64,000 nt of DNA from a virus. Lineage: Duplodnaviria; Caudoviricetes. Every line of letters begins with the position of its first letter. Position 1 is the stretch's first letter. The notes under the pieces were generated by a model that saw only the letters and a list, made by a program, of their open reading frames with translations, was not told where the DNA came from and made no database searches. Shown here in pieces: positions 8,399-18,369 of this stretch. The stretch is taken from IMG/VR virus record IMGVR_UViG_3300033068_000352, positions 1,191 through 65,190 of that record; one strand, given 5' to 3'. The translations under genes were made by a program, and so were the position numbers.

Positions 8399-8514
8399 GG
8401 CTCCACCACATCCTCAAACTCGTAATCGTAGATATCGTTCGAATCGAACGCCTTGTCGATTGCCTCCTGCACGGTGTCCGCCTTCACGTACACGGTGAAC
8501 CTATAAATGCTCAT
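8395..8514 (-). CDS. Hypothetical protein, 39 aa
   Basis: MSIYRFTVYVKADTVQEAIDKAF..., found manually; GGAGG RBS. Confidence 0.6.
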   Translation of the reverse strand: MSIYRFTVYVKADTVQEAIDKAFDSNDIYDYEFEDVVEP

Positions 8515-8658
8515 CTAAGCCCTCCTTGCCATCGTAAATTCGTACCCCTTAGTATTTTCAGCTACGCCAATAGCGCACCCAATGTCATCGCCATCGAATA
8601 CGTTTTCAATTTGTCCTCGTGCTGTTCGGCTGTAAACTTCTATGTTCCACTTAGCCAT
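8515..8658 (-). CDS. Hypothetical protein, 47 aa
   Basis: MAKWNIEVYSRTARGQIENVFDGDD..., found manually. Confidence 0.6.
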   Translation of the reverse strand: MAKWNIEVYSRTARGQIENVFDGDDIGCAIGVAENTKGYEFTMARRA

Positions 8659-8754
8659 CTAGTCCTCCACCTCAATCTCACGCTCAAACCCGCAATTGCA
8701 CCACAGTACCGCACCCGACTGGCACAGTTCAACACCACAGTAAGGGCAGTTCAT
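8659..8754 (-). CDS. Micro zinc-ribbon protein, 31 aa
   Basis: MNCPYCGVELCQSGAVLWCNCGFERE. Confidence 0.6.
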   Translation of the reverse strand: MNCPYCGVELCQSGAVLWCNCGFEREIEVED

Positions 8755-9045
8755 CTAATCCTCCTCGATAATCGTGATTTCCCAGTCATCATCAAGATAC
8801 CAGTCATTCTCCCAAACATCATCCTTACCGGTAAAAAACTTAGGGTCACGACCATTCGGGATACGCTCCACGGAATAAATACGAGGGCCATGGCGGGAAT
8901 TCAGAAATGTACTTGACACAGTAATGTCAAAATCCCTCGGCCCATCCCAGTCTTCACGGAAATCCTCATCCGCGTGGAAATGCAACCTGTCGCCCGGCTC
9001 CAAGCGTGAAACATTGTTATACCCGATGTGCTTGTCCTTTATCAT
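8755..9045 (-). CDS. Hypothetical protein
   Basis: ORF track. Confidence 0.7.
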   Translation of the reverse strand: MIKDKHIGYNNVSRLEPGDRLHFHADEDFREDWDGPRDFDITVSSTFLNSRHGPRIYSVERIPNGRDPKFFTGKDDVWENDWYLDDDWEITIIEED

Positions 9046-9422
9046 AGCCTGCTCTCCGTCTCCTCCTGCACGAACGAACCGTCAACAGCCACCGTGATAA
9101 GCCCGGGCTCGAACCACGCCCAATGACACTTGAACGTCAACGGCTGGTCAGCGAAACCCATGTTGGATTGAGCGTACCGAACAGCGTACAACTGCTGAGC
9201 CGCATGGGTAAGGATAGTGCCGTACAGCTTGTCCGTGCCGTTGTTGTGCTCACGGGTGAACTGCGACGGGCTATCGGGTGCCGTGAACAATGCGGGCGGC
9301 TCGTAGTCCGCGATCTTCTGTCCCATGCCCAGAACAAGCAGCTTACCCCGGCTCAGCGCGAAAGGCCCCGGCACGAAACCCTGCTGGAAGAACTTCCTAA
9401 GCTCGGCAACCTCAACCGGCAT
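9042..9422 (-). CDS. Hypothetical protein
   Basis: ORF track. Confidence 0.7.
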   Translation of the reverse strand: MPVEVAELRKFFQQGFVPGPFALSRGKLLVLGMGQKIADYEPPALFTAPDSPSQFTREHNNGTDKLYGTILTHAAQQLYAVRYAQSNMGFADQPLTFKCHWAWFEPGLITVAVDGSFVQEETESRL

Positions 9423-9942
9423 TCTTGGCCTCCATCATCTTCTCACGCATCTGCGTCAAAAACGCAATCTCGTCATCTGCACTCAATTGCGAGTAAATAG
9501 CACCATCAGCACTGTAATTCGGGTACCCGCCCATATTAAAGGAAAGGACCTCGGGACCATCAAAACGCATACCCTGAGAATTAACCCAGAACGCAATCCT
9601 AATAGACGGGTTGAACCTGTCCGAAAGATCGAATTCATACTGAACCTCGTCAATCGTGGAATCCTCGAACCCCGAAAGGTACTCCTCCAAGGTCGTGTGG
9701 TCCTTCGTGCCCAGTGCCCTTTTCAGCAGCACCTTAGCCATGGGATTGCCGCTGTCCTTGATCGCGTAAGCGTTCTGAACCTCCAACTTCACAGCGTACC
9801 TCAGTTGCTCCAACTCCTCGAAAGCAGCCTGCCGGATACGCTCCTCCACAGTGGCGCGGGCGTCCCGCAAACGATCAGCGGCCCTCGAAACCTTGCCCAA
9901 AGCGATAGCCTGAGCCGGTGTAGGTCTAGCAGTCAATGTCAT
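9412..9942 (-). CDS. Hypothetical protein, possibly DNA-binding
   Basis: ORF track; helical, basic N-terminal half; first gene after the AT-rich gap. Confidence 0.7.
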   Translation of the reverse strand: MTLTARPTPAQAIALGKVSRAADRLRDARATVEERIRQAAFEELEQLRYAVKLEVQNAYAIKDSGNPMAKVLLKRALGTKDHTTLEEYLSGFEDSTIDEVQYEFDLSDRFNPSIRIAFWVNSQGMRFDGPEVLSFNMGGYPNYSADGAIYSQLSADDEIAFLTQMREKMMEAKNAG

Positions 9943-9989
9943 GCCCTTCTGTCATATTGTTTCTCATTCTTCCTACACCTTATCACACC

Positions 9990-10212
9990 AATGTCGTCGC
10001 AAAACGGCCCAAAATACCCCCAAAAACGAATTTTGGAACCGGTCAGAAAAAAGTTACCAGTGAATAGGCGGGAAAAATTTCTGATAGCTCTAATAGTGTC
10101 TAATACCTAAATGTTATACGTGTATATGACAATATAACTAAATAACGTTATATGTTTTAGTAAGGTAGGGGCTGAAAAAAATGTGGTCAAAAACCCCGGA
10201 AAATCAAGGTTC
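9990..10212. other. AT-rich intergenic region with helically phased A-tracts
   Basis: A/T tracts start at 10001, 10011, 10022 and 10031. Confidence 0.75.
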
Positions 10213-10413
10213 TCACTTTTCGGCCACCTCCACGAGAAAAACCCAGTTCTCATTCAGGAAATCCACAATCCCAGTAGCCCTAACTCGGTACTCCCTCACC
10301 AGCCCCGGATAGCCGGAGCACAGCGCGGTCCAGTCCGCCACGAACTGGTACGAACCCGAAGAGCGCCAGAACTCCTCCGCAAGGAACTCCACAGCACGAT
10401 CACGTTTCAGCAT
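10213..10413 (-). CDS. Hypothetical protein
   Basis: ORF track. Confidence 0.6.
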   Translation of the reverse strand: MLKRDRAVEFLAEEFWRSSGSYQFVADWTALCSGYPGLVREYRVRATGIVDFLNENWVFLVEVAEK

Positions 10414-10438
10414 TCACCACTCCAATCCATCGGGTCAA

Positions 10439-10636
10439 TCACACTGTTCTGCTACGCCAGATCACATTGCCCTCAGGGTCGGTCACCATGAACACAGGAG
10501 CATCCACCACGACCCGCGCAAGCACGCTGGCATGGTGCAGAGCACGAGCCTTAGCATCCCACCCCTCGAACTGCCTAACACTCTTAGCGGGAGTTGACAC
10601 AGAATTGTCAACCGCAGACCAGACCGTGTGCAGCAT
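10439..10636 (-). CDS. Hypothetical protein
   Basis: ORF track. Confidence 0.6.
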   Translation of the reverse strand: MLHTVWSAVDNSVSTPAKSVRQFEGWDAKARALHHASVLARVVVDAPVFMVTDPEGNVIWRSRTV

Positions 10637-10923
10637 CAGACCGGGATCACCTTCCAGCAGTAAACCCCACCATGATTGTGATCGGACTCAATGGCCTGAT
10701 TCACAAAATTCTGACACACCAGCTTATCCTGAGTTGGCTGTTTGGGGCAATCCGCGACGTAACGATGAGTTACAACATGCGAACACGGACCCATCGGGGT
10801 AAGGTCCCGTAGAAGATGCCGAGCCTCGCAATGGGGAGCATCCTCGGAATCCTCAAGAAGCCTCACGAACTCCTCGATATCCTGCTCAGTGATCGTTGAC
10901 CCTACAGTGTCAATAGTCGCCAT
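10636..10923 (-). CDS. Hypothetical Cys/His-containing protein
   Basis: Start MATID after a GGAGG RBS. Confidence 0.65.
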   Translation of the reverse strand: MATIDTVGSTITEQDIEEFVRLLEDSEDAPHCEARHLLRDLTPMGPCSHVVTHRYVADCPKQPTQDKLVCQNFVNQAIESDHNHGGVYCWKVIPV

Positions 10924-11095
10924 TGTGAGCCTCCAGAGCCTCGACAATCATACCGGCAGAACTCCGGTCACAGTACAGGATAATCCCACCCCGCTCCGAA
11001 TCTACCACGCCCACAACATCAGGGTAGATGAGCTTTCCGTAATGCTCAGGAACACCATCCGGCTCAACCTCGTTGATGTAGAACCTGCTATCCAT
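10910..11095 (-). CDS. Hypothetical protein
   Basis: Start MDSRFYINE after GGAGG. Confidence 0.65.
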   Translation of the reverse strand: MDSRFYINEVEPDGVPEHYGKLIYPDVVGVVDSERGGIILYCDRSSAGMIVEALEAHNGDY

Positions 11096-11303
11096 TCCTA
11101 GCCTCCATAATCTTAGACAACTTCGAATCCCACTCGTACTCCCCAATGCTGTACTCACTCTGCACCAGAGACAGCGCAAACTCAACTGCCTCCTCACGGG
11201 TCAAAGATCGAATCAGGGCCGCACGCAGATCACGACTTATCAATAACCCCACCCCACTTCTTGCAATCAATGCCCGCCGCAATGATGCGGACGTTATCGC
11301 CAA
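11088..11303 (-). CDS. Hypothetical protein
   Basis: ORF track; start uncertain. Confidence 0.5.
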   Translation of the reverse strand: MAITSASLRRALIARSGVGLLISRDLRAALIRSLTREEAVEFALSLVQSEYSIGEYEWDSKLSKIMEARNG

Positions 11304-11464
11304 CGTGGAACATACTTCCTCGCCTTCACCAACTTCGACTCAAGAAGTGCAAGATCGTAAACATCAGACTGGTACACCAGACCGAACTCTTCCGCAACCG
11401 CTATCTTGCGGCGCACAGCAATAATCTCGCGCTCCAAACGGAGATACCTACGACTTATTTTCAT
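11294..11464 (-). CDS. Hypothetical protein, 56 aa
   Basis: MKISRRYLRLEREII..., found manually; TGATG overlap. Confidence 0.6.
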   Translation of the reverse strand: MKISRRYLRLEREIIAVRRKIAVAEEFGLVYQSDVYDLALLESKLVKARKYVPRWR

Positions 11465-11655
11465 CAGAACTCCTCCACACCCTCATACCGGTAATCAGAA
11501 ATAGCAAGGCACTCCCGGTTCGAAAGCGCATTACCGTGACCCAACGAATGGCCCTTGCCAGTACCACCCCATGCCAAGGACTCATCCCAAGCAACCGGGG
11601 CAAGCTCCACATGGAACACGGACTGGTACAGCCGGACCTCATCCTTGAAACTCAT
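11464..11655 (-). CDS. Hypothetical protein
   Basis: Start MSFKD; ATGA overlap. Confidence 0.6.
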   Translation of the reverse strand: MSFKDEVRLYQSVFHVELAPVAWDESLAWGGTGKGHSLGHGNALSNRECLAISDYRYEGVEEF

Positions 11656-11793
11656 TCTGCCCTCCACTGCTCAACGGTGTACTCATCGGTCTGATACTGC
11701 TCGTTCAGGCTCCGAGCCACTGCTTCACAGTAAGCCTCAGAACCCGACTGGCACAACTGCCCGTGACACTTGACAACGTGAGTCACAACCGGC

Positions 11794-11994
11794 TTAGCCA
11801 CGTCGCGCGCCCTTGCGCTTACCCGCCTCGTAGACGGCGACACCAATAGCGAGAACAGTGAAGAACACACTGCCAATGCCTAATACGACCAGTAGTGCCT
11901 CCCAATAATCAGAGTGCCCAAGGAGAATGCCATAAGCAATAATTAGAAATATGCAAGCGAGGACACTAAAACCTTTTCCCACTAAACCCTCCAA
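11794..11994 (-). CDS. Two-TM membrane protein
   Basis: Two hydrophobic helices and a basic tail. Confidence 0.7.
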   Translation of the reverse strand: MEGLVGKGFSVLACIFLIIAYGILLGHSDYWEALLVVLGIGSVFFTVLAIGVAVYEAGKRKGARRG

Positions 11995-12578
11995 CCCATG
12001 GAGCGCTGGTGATTGCGGCGGGCGCGAAGGCGAATAGCCTCACCCCTAGCCTCATCCGTCCGTGTGGAATCGGAGCGCTTCTCGGTTGTCATTCGGAAAC
12101 CTCCCCGTCAATGACGCCATGCACAAGGTAGGCGTCAAGAATCTCATCCAAGAGCGCCGTAGCTGCCTCAAACGTCACATCATCCTCAAGCTCAATACGC
12201 AGTTCCATTGCAATACCCTTTCAACAGTGCCCAGAATCGAATCTAAGGCGTTTTGACGTGGCCTTATGGTCACAGTGCCCAACCGGGTCGCGAACCCGTT
12301 ACAGAGGCGTACAGCGCCCCATTGAGCTTTGACAACTGAATGTCAAATAGTCCAACCGTCCTCATTGGTTACAAGATAACCCAAGTCCTTGTTGTCATCC
12401 GCCCACTTCTCGGCGTCCAACTGCGAAATGAAACCGGCATAAGGGAAAGGCACACCTTGCGGACCGACAAAATATTTGAACTTCACACCAACCTCCTAGT
12501 AGTTACCCGAAACATACAGCCCCAGCGCGATACACGCAAGAGGGAACACGATACCCAGCAGAACCGCACGTGCAGTAC

Positions 12579-12854
12579 TCACCTGCTATCCCGCTCGACC
12601 CGAGAATGCCGAATTGCATCAATACCCGCGTAAATGCCCTGCAAGAATGTGTGAACCTCACGCAGGCCCCGCGCCGAACCAACATCAGCGTTACCCGTAG
12701 TCAGGCGGTAAGTCCCGTAAGCGCCCTGCAAATACAGGTCAGCGAACTTGACGTGACCCCCGTAAGCGATATCAGTAAGCCCCTCACGCTCAGCGGCAGA
12801 CTTCACAAGCTCCACATAGCGCTCAACCTCAGCGCGTGTCATCCGTTCAGTCAT
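12579..12854 (-). CDS. Hypothetical protein
   Basis: ORF track. Confidence 0.7.
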   Translation of the reverse strand: MTERMTRAEVERYVELVKSAAEREGLTDIAYGGHVKFADLYLQGAYGTYRLTTGNADVGSARGLREVHTFLQGIYAGIDAIRHSRVERDSR

Positions 12855-13413
12855 TTGTAGATCCCGTCCTTTCGAAACTGCACCTTACGTACCTTTTTCT
12901 GGGGACGTGGCACGCCCTCAGTATTCCAAGTGTGGCCCTCCACCCCCGCCAGCGGACAATTGATACGCTTGCACCTAGCGCAGTGCGCCTGAGTGTTAGC
13001 CATCAGAACCACCTAATCTCTCGACCGAAAGAGTTGGCGAAATTCATAGCGGCACGCAATGAACCGAACGCCGATGCATTGCCGTACTGATCCACCAGCG
13101 TAGCGCCGTTGACCGTAGTCACGATCACGAAAATTTTCAGGGTGTCTTGGTAAACGTCCATAATTGACCTTTCATTGTCAAAAACCAAAAAGCGGGCTAC
13201 GGGGTAAGTTTCAGTGATTCTTAGTCACGGTCACACCGTGCATTCACTTTCCCGTCATTACCTCATCACTAGGCCCACACACACAGTAGCGCTAATCCTT
13301 ACGGATCACAACCTCCGGAATGGGGATATGAATCCCCATAAGAACATCCCACTTCGTGTACACCCTCAAGGGTACGATACTAGACCTCATAGAACCGGTC
13401 ATCCTGCCCCATA

Positions 13414-14058
13414 TCAGCGCACAGCGAGCACGACAGGGAGGTATCCACCGTCGCACAGATTACAGACCAGCGTGGACGCCATAACCTCTTCGTACCATTT
13501 GATCGGCAAGGTTACCGGCTGGTCACAGTCACACGCAACCCGCACCGTCGTTTTCTTGCTGACCTTGGGCTTGTCCGGCTTCTTGAACGTCACCAGCACA
13601 GCCTCAAGAGCGGCCAGCGTGTCCGCGTACTCCACTTTCGCGTGCTCCTGCAAACCCGTAGTGCGGTGCCCGATCTTGTCATCCTCCACCACCACAAGGC
13701 CCATGGCCGTTGCCACGTCCCGGAACTTGCCGTTATGGAAACGGCCCTGACGCGAGGTGTCTTTCACCCCTGTAGCGTGAGCCAGCGCGTGCGCCGTCTC
13801 ATGGATGAGAGTAGACAGGACCTGCTCAGCACCCTTGTCGAAGCTCTGAGGGTTCATGGCGATTTCATGGCGGGCCGAACCCGTGTGCTCGCCAGCGGTG
13901 TCAGTCCACGAGTCCGCAAGGAACGTACCGTGAGCACCCTTGTGGGGCGCGATGATCACCGCAAGAGCGGCAGGCACGTTCGGGTTCAGCGACTGGATAA
14001 CACGCAGGGCGTCATCCAAAGCGGACTGAATCGTAGTGGTGGGGGTTGCGTTAGTCAT
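13414..14058 (-). CDS. SprT-like zinc metalloprotease domain protein
   Basis: TLIHETAH zincin motif, HNGKFRDVA, C-terminal CxC...CxxC. Confidence 0.85.
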   Translation of the reverse strand: MTNATPTTTIQSALDDALRVIQSLNPNVPAALAVIIAPHKGAHGTFLADSWTDTAGEHTGSARHEIAMNPQSFDKGAEQVLSTLIHETAHALAHATGVKDTSRQGRFHNGKFRDVATAMGLVVVEDDKIGHRTTGLQEHAKVEYADTLAALEAVLVTFKKPDKPKVSKKTTVRVACDCDQPVTLPIKWYEEVMASTLVCNLCDGGYLPVVLAVR

Positions 14059-14207
14059 TTCGCCACCGCCGCGATCATCTTACGGAACGTGGCCCCGGTA
14101 ATCTGCACGTCAGTCTCAAAAACGGTAACCCCGTCAGTGCTAACGATCTTCCATGCAAGGAGAACCGTGTCAGACTCGCCCACGTTCTCATAGTCATCCC
14201 AATCCAT
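14055..14207 (-). CDS. Hypothetical protein, 50 aa
   Basis: MDWDDYENVGESDTVLLAW..., found manually; ATGA overlap. Confidence 0.6.
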   Translation of the reverse strand: MDWDDYENVGESDTVLLAWKIVSTDGVTVFETDVQITGATFRKMIAAVAK

Positions 14208-14369
14208 GATTCCTTACCTTTCGTTTAGTGAGTGCAACTAAGACACCCATTGTCGCATGAGTGTCAAAGCAACGCCAACTAACGGGAGAGTTTCGTTTCA
14301 ACCTCACCCGAAACCGTGTCGCGGTAAAAGTAGTAACGAGCGCCCCAAGGCGTTTCGACTCTTGCTCTA

Positions 14370-14648
14370 CTACCGCTCCCGGACCGCCACCGGCTTGCCC
14401 TTAGCATCGAAGGTGATTACATACCACTCACCCTCAACCTCCACCCCACAAGACAGGTTGCCCATGGTCCGGCAATCCCACCCGGGGTCATCCTCTTGGA
14501 TAGGAGCGGGGCTTTCAGCCGGTGCAGGCTGAACCTCCACAACCGGGACGGGGGTCTCCGGTGTGAACGTGTCAACGATCACCGGTGCTGCACTTGCCAC
14601 GATCACGATAGCTGCAAAATGCAACCCCTTGAAACGCATTCTCATCAT
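14370..14648 (-). CDS. Membrane-anchored or secreted protein with a QEDDPGWDC..MGN..CG motif
   Basis: N-terminal hydrophobic helix, Pro-rich linker, AGGAG RBS. Confidence 0.75.
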   Translation of the reverse strand: MMRMRFKGLHFAAIVIVASAAPVIVDTFTPETPVPVVEVQPAPAESPAPIQEDDPGWDCRTMGNLSCGVEVEGEWYVITFDAKGKPVAVRER

Positions 14649-15329
14649 CCCATGCTCCTTTTGTCGTTTCACTGTCAATACGTCCCCTGTTGAGCTATGA
14701 CGCTCACACACGTTCTCACTGTGCAGGGGCGACACCCACAATAGGAGAACGAATCCCCGCTTACATGCGGCCTGTCAAAAACTCTCAGCGGTATCTAGCG
14801 GCCCCGCTTGTGTGGCGTTCCCTCGGACCCAGCCCACGTTGTGCGCGACTTCGATTCAGAAGCCCTTCCCAGCCGTGGGGGCCGATTGGTTCAATACTAT
14901 GCCCTCCACAAGGCCAGCGCCTAACATTTGTGTGGGTTATTTTGACGAATACCAGTATGCAGAATAGGTGAAGTTTTATCCACATCCTCGCGCTTTTCCC
15001 GACTTTCCCTCACATGTCCGAGGCCCCTCCCCTCCGGTGGTTACAATCGCCAGTACAACACAAGTATGGTCTTGACAAATAGCCGATTATGGTGTATTTC
15101 GCGGGCTAGGTTCCGATTCGAACGTATGTACTAGACTGTTCTGTCTGTCCTCCCTCATACCGGTATGACCGTGCTTGTATGGGATGTAGTGCATATGCCC
15201 TTTGGTGGTGCCCAGCATGTATATGCCCAGAAGGCACCATTTCGTTTCTAAGCGCCTTTCAGGGGCTAGGTAGGGGTAACGGGTCACTATGGGGGTATAG
15301 GGCCTTAGAGAGGCGTACAGGGCCGCAGA

Positions 15330-15950
15330 GTATGTAATGTTACATGTATGTGGAGTTTAGCAATTGTGTTCGATTTGGGATGAATGTTTGTCATGTTGTT
15401 TGCAGTGTTGAGTTTGTGTCATGTTTGAAGTGTTGAGTAAAGATCAAGTTATGAATGAGCAATGAGTTAACTGAAGGTTTTCTGAATGTTCGCTGAATAG
15501 TGAATATATGAGCAGTACTCAATACTGAGTGTTATATGTATGAAAGCTGAATGTTTGTTGAGAGTTGAATCAATGTATTGGTGTATGTATCATGTAGCTA
15601 ACCATTAATGTATGTTAATACAAGTGTTGTGTTAGTGGTGTGTTGAGTATTGTTCATGTATGAATCAATGTATGTGTGATCATCTATGTATGACTGTTGT
15701 ATCAATGATTGTATTGTTGTTGAGCATGAATCAATTGTTGAGTTTGTTATTGAATATGAATCATGTTTGAAGCTTTGGAAAGACTGTAAGTTTGCTGGGA
15801 AAAAGCTGAAAGAATTCGAGTTTTTGCGAGTTAACTTCATGTTTTTGGCCTCGGGGGTACTTGTGAAAAAGGGAACACTTGGTTTTCGCCCCCAGTTTTT
15901 TATTTTTTGCTGATTTTTGCCCATATGGGCGTTTGTAACATGATCGTAAC
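15330..15950. repeat. C-poor low-complexity non-coding tract at the strand switch
   Basis: Recurring TGTTGAG, TGAAT, GAATCAAT and TCATGT words; T-tracts at 15883-15918. Confidence 0.8.
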
Positions 15951-15994
15951 ATTGGATTGGCCGGAAACGTCGTTTTGAGGGGTAGATTGGAGTT

Positions 15995-16351
15995 ATGACA
16001 ACAACGAATCAGGTGCTACAGGAGGTAGCGAAGGAGCGGCTTCGGCAGCTTAAGAAGTGGGGCAAGCAGTCTCACCCGGACGGGACGGGCTCTTGGACTT
16101 ATCCACTGGATATTGGCCTTCAGGGTAATTTTAACGACTATACTGCCCTTGACCTTGCTAAGGAGTTCACCGATTATACCGATGACGTATTCTCCGGAGA
16201 GGAAGGTACTTGGCGCGATATCCTTCTGGAGGAGGTCTTCGAGGCGCTTGCGGAGTCGGACTACGACAAGCTGAAGACTGAGCTTGTGCAGGTCGCTGCG
16301 GTGGCTGCTGCGTGGGTTGAGGATATTGACAATCGAGTGTCAAATGGATAA
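15995..16351 (+). CDS. MazG-like nucleotide pyrophosphohydrolase
   Basis: WRDILLEEVFEALAE...LKTELVQVAAVAAAWVE; leaderless promoter TAGATT-N6-ATG. Confidence 0.8.
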   Translation: MTTTNQVLQEVAKERLRQLKKWGKQSHPDGTGSWTYPLDIGLQGNFNDYTALDLAKEFTDYTDDVFSGEEGTWRDILLEEVFEALAESDYDKLKTELVQVAAVAAAWVEDIDNRVSNG

Positions 16352-16735
16352 TTACATTGTGACTAGCAGGGGTTATCGTAAGGTTCCGCTGTGGTTTGCT
16401 AAGTTGTGGGTGTGGGCTGGCGGTTTTGGACTTAAGGGGCCTTCCGATGGATAGAGGCATTCAGGACGTGCCGATTGTGCATTTCGGCTCCCCGGTGGGC
16501 ACGCAGTACCGTGAGGACAAGGCGGCGGAGGCTCTGGTGAGCTTGAGAGCCGCTGGTTGGATTGAGAAGGAAGATTGATGGGTAAGGATATTTTTATTGC
16601 CGTGAAAACCAACTGGGGCAACATTGTGGCCGTTCTGGACCATGATGCTAAGCAGGGCTATTTCCAGCAGTACGGAGAATTTGACAGCATTAACGGTGCA
16701 ATGCGTATTGCTAAGATTTTGAACAAGGAGACTGT

Positions 16736-16918
16736 ATGACTATCAAGGATGAACTGGCTAAGCTGCACAACGACCTTGCGGAACTGTACCGGGGCAAGTC
16801 CACGGACATTTTGCAGATCAAGCGGTTGTGGTTGCAGATTGACCGTCTCGAAACTGAGTGGCAGAACGAGAGTGACTATATCGACTACATTCTGGATGAT
16901 ATGCCGGTGGTTGATTAA
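16736..16918 (+). CDS. Hypothetical coiled-coil protein
   Basis: ORF track; AGGAG RBS. Confidence 0.65.
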   Translation: MTIKDELAKLHNDLAELYRGKSTDILQIKRLWLQIDRLETEWQNESDYIDYILDDMPVVD

Positions 16919-17030
16919 TGATGCCATGGTGGTTTTGGCCTCTGCTGCTTGTCGGGTTTCTGACAGCGGCAGGTGCCGTGATTATATGTTTGGCAAAGAG
17001 GGACATGGGAGATAATAGGGAGGACATAGA

Positions 17031-17228
17031 ATGATGCGAATTGAGGATGATACGCGACAGCCCATCCACGGCAGGACAATTACTGCTGGTTTCGACGGGA
17101 TGTTGGACATTATCAACCATCAGAAGCTCAAGACGCATGACGTGGTGAAGGCGTTGAACAAGTTCATGTTTATCCATCCGGAGTATCGGGCTGAGATTAG
17201 CGCGATTGTGAGAAAGCTGGAAGCCTGA
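17031..17228 (+). CDS. Hypothetical protein
   Basis: ORF track; GGAGG RBS. Confidence 0.65.
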   Translation: MMRIEDDTRQPIHGRTITAGFDGMLDIINHQKLKTHDVVKALNKFMFIHPEYRAEISAIVRKLEA

Positions 17229-17461
17229 TGTATACAGAGGAATGCTCATGTTCTGCGGCTATCAAGTGCCGTAGGTATTACCAGTTGGTTCATTGGCGCA
17301 ATGACCACTTCCATGAGATGCCAACGCTGGTAGAACCATTGCAGATGCCTCCTCAAGGGGCAGTAGCTGAGACGCAGATTCATCCGGGCGAGTTCGGTTT
17401 CTATGAGGGCCATGTTATCGGTTTCCGCCCTAATGTGGATTCGGTGTTCGGGTGGGTGTGA
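17228..17461 (+). CDS. Hypothetical protein
   Basis: ORF track; TGATG overlap. Confidence 0.6.
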   Translation: MYTEECSCSAAIKCRRYYQLVHWRNDHFHEMPTLVEPLQMPPQGAVAETQIHPGEFGFYEGHVIGFRPNVDSVFGWV

Positions 17462-17585
17462 TCGTGTTGCCCGAGTTCGAGCCAAACTATGAGTATCAGG
17501 GGTTTTGCCTGTATTGCCGAAGGTGGCATACCGCTAGTAGAGTGTGGCGTCACCCGTATCGTACTCTTGATGGTAGACTGCTAGC

Positions 17586-17780
17586 ATGAACGGACTATTT
17601 GCAAGTATTCGCGGTTCCATCGTCGCTCAAGAGTTGAAGGTGGAGTTGTGGGACTATACTGATGACGGTGATCTTGTCTACCGCATTACCGTTAACGATG
17701 ATATCCGTTTCGTGGAGGCGCGCGTGGAGGATGATATTTGGAGCATTGTGGAGAAGGGCGTGAGAGCGTATGACGAGTAG
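17586..17780 (+). CDS. Hypothetical protein
   Basis: ORF track; TGGTAGACT-N6-ATG leaderless start. Confidence 0.7.
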   Translation: MNGLFASIRGSIVAQELKVELWDYTDDGDLVYRITVNDDIRFVEARVEDDIWSIVEKGVRAYDE

Positions 17781-18009
17781 GTATCCAAGGTTTCCCAAGA
17801 CTATTGCATTTTTGGAGTCGCAGGGTATTGACTATAAGGATGTAATGGAGTCTGACTTCGATATCCATGGATACACCGTTTTGGGTAAGCGCAGTGGAGG
17901 ATTTACCATGGCTGAGACTTATGGCCCAGTGAAGACTAAAATAGCATGGATAAGTAACGAACAGGCGGTGGACGCGATGAAGGCATACAGGGAGGACTTG
18001 TATGGCTAA
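17770..18009 (+). CDS. Hypothetical protein
   Basis: ORF track. Confidence 0.65.
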   Translation: MTSRYPRFPKTIAFLESQGIDYKDVMESDFDIHGYTVLGKRSGGFTMAETYGPVKTKIAWISNEQAVDAMKAYREDLYG

Positions 18010-18184
18010 GGGCAAGCAAGGGCTGTACGAGGCGATTCGGGATGTTACGGGCGAGAATGGTGAGTGGGATTTCATCCAGTCGCGTTTGACCCGAGACATG
18101 AGCGGTCCTACGCTTATTGTTAAGTATTTGAACGACGACGAGGAGTGGGAAGCCTATTTGGTGACTGCAGAGAGGGTTAATTGA
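18002..18184 (+). CDS. Hypothetical protein
   Basis: ORF track. Confidence 0.65.
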   Translation: MAKGKQGLYEAIRDVTGENGEWDFIQSRLTRDMSGPTLIVKYLNDDEEWEAYLVTAERVN

Positions 18185-18369
18185 TGGAAAGGAATATTCC
18201 TAATAGTGTTAGGTTTACTGTTATTCTTGACGGTGTTAAATATTCCGGGTACCGAGAGTTTAGTAGTGACGAATCTGGCATGTGGGAATGGTATAGCGAC
18301 CGGGCAATTGATACAACCCTAGAGGAAGTAAGAAAGAGTAGAGAGGGAATCGATGTTTATTCTGGTTGA
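18181..18369 (+). CDS. Hypothetical protein
   Basis: ORF track. Confidence 0.55.
   Translation: MMERNIPNSVRFTVILDGVKYSGYREFSSDESGMWEWYSDRAIDTTLEEVRKSREGIDVYSG

Noticed and set aside
13302-13412. MGQDDRFYEV*YRTLEG... with an in-frame TAG, suggesting stop reassignment
   Set aside because: TAG ends many real genes here and there is no suppressor tRNA; at most a pseudogene.
15598-15924. ORFs in the low-complexity tract
   Set aside because: Produced by the biased composition; no RBS or recognisable motifs.
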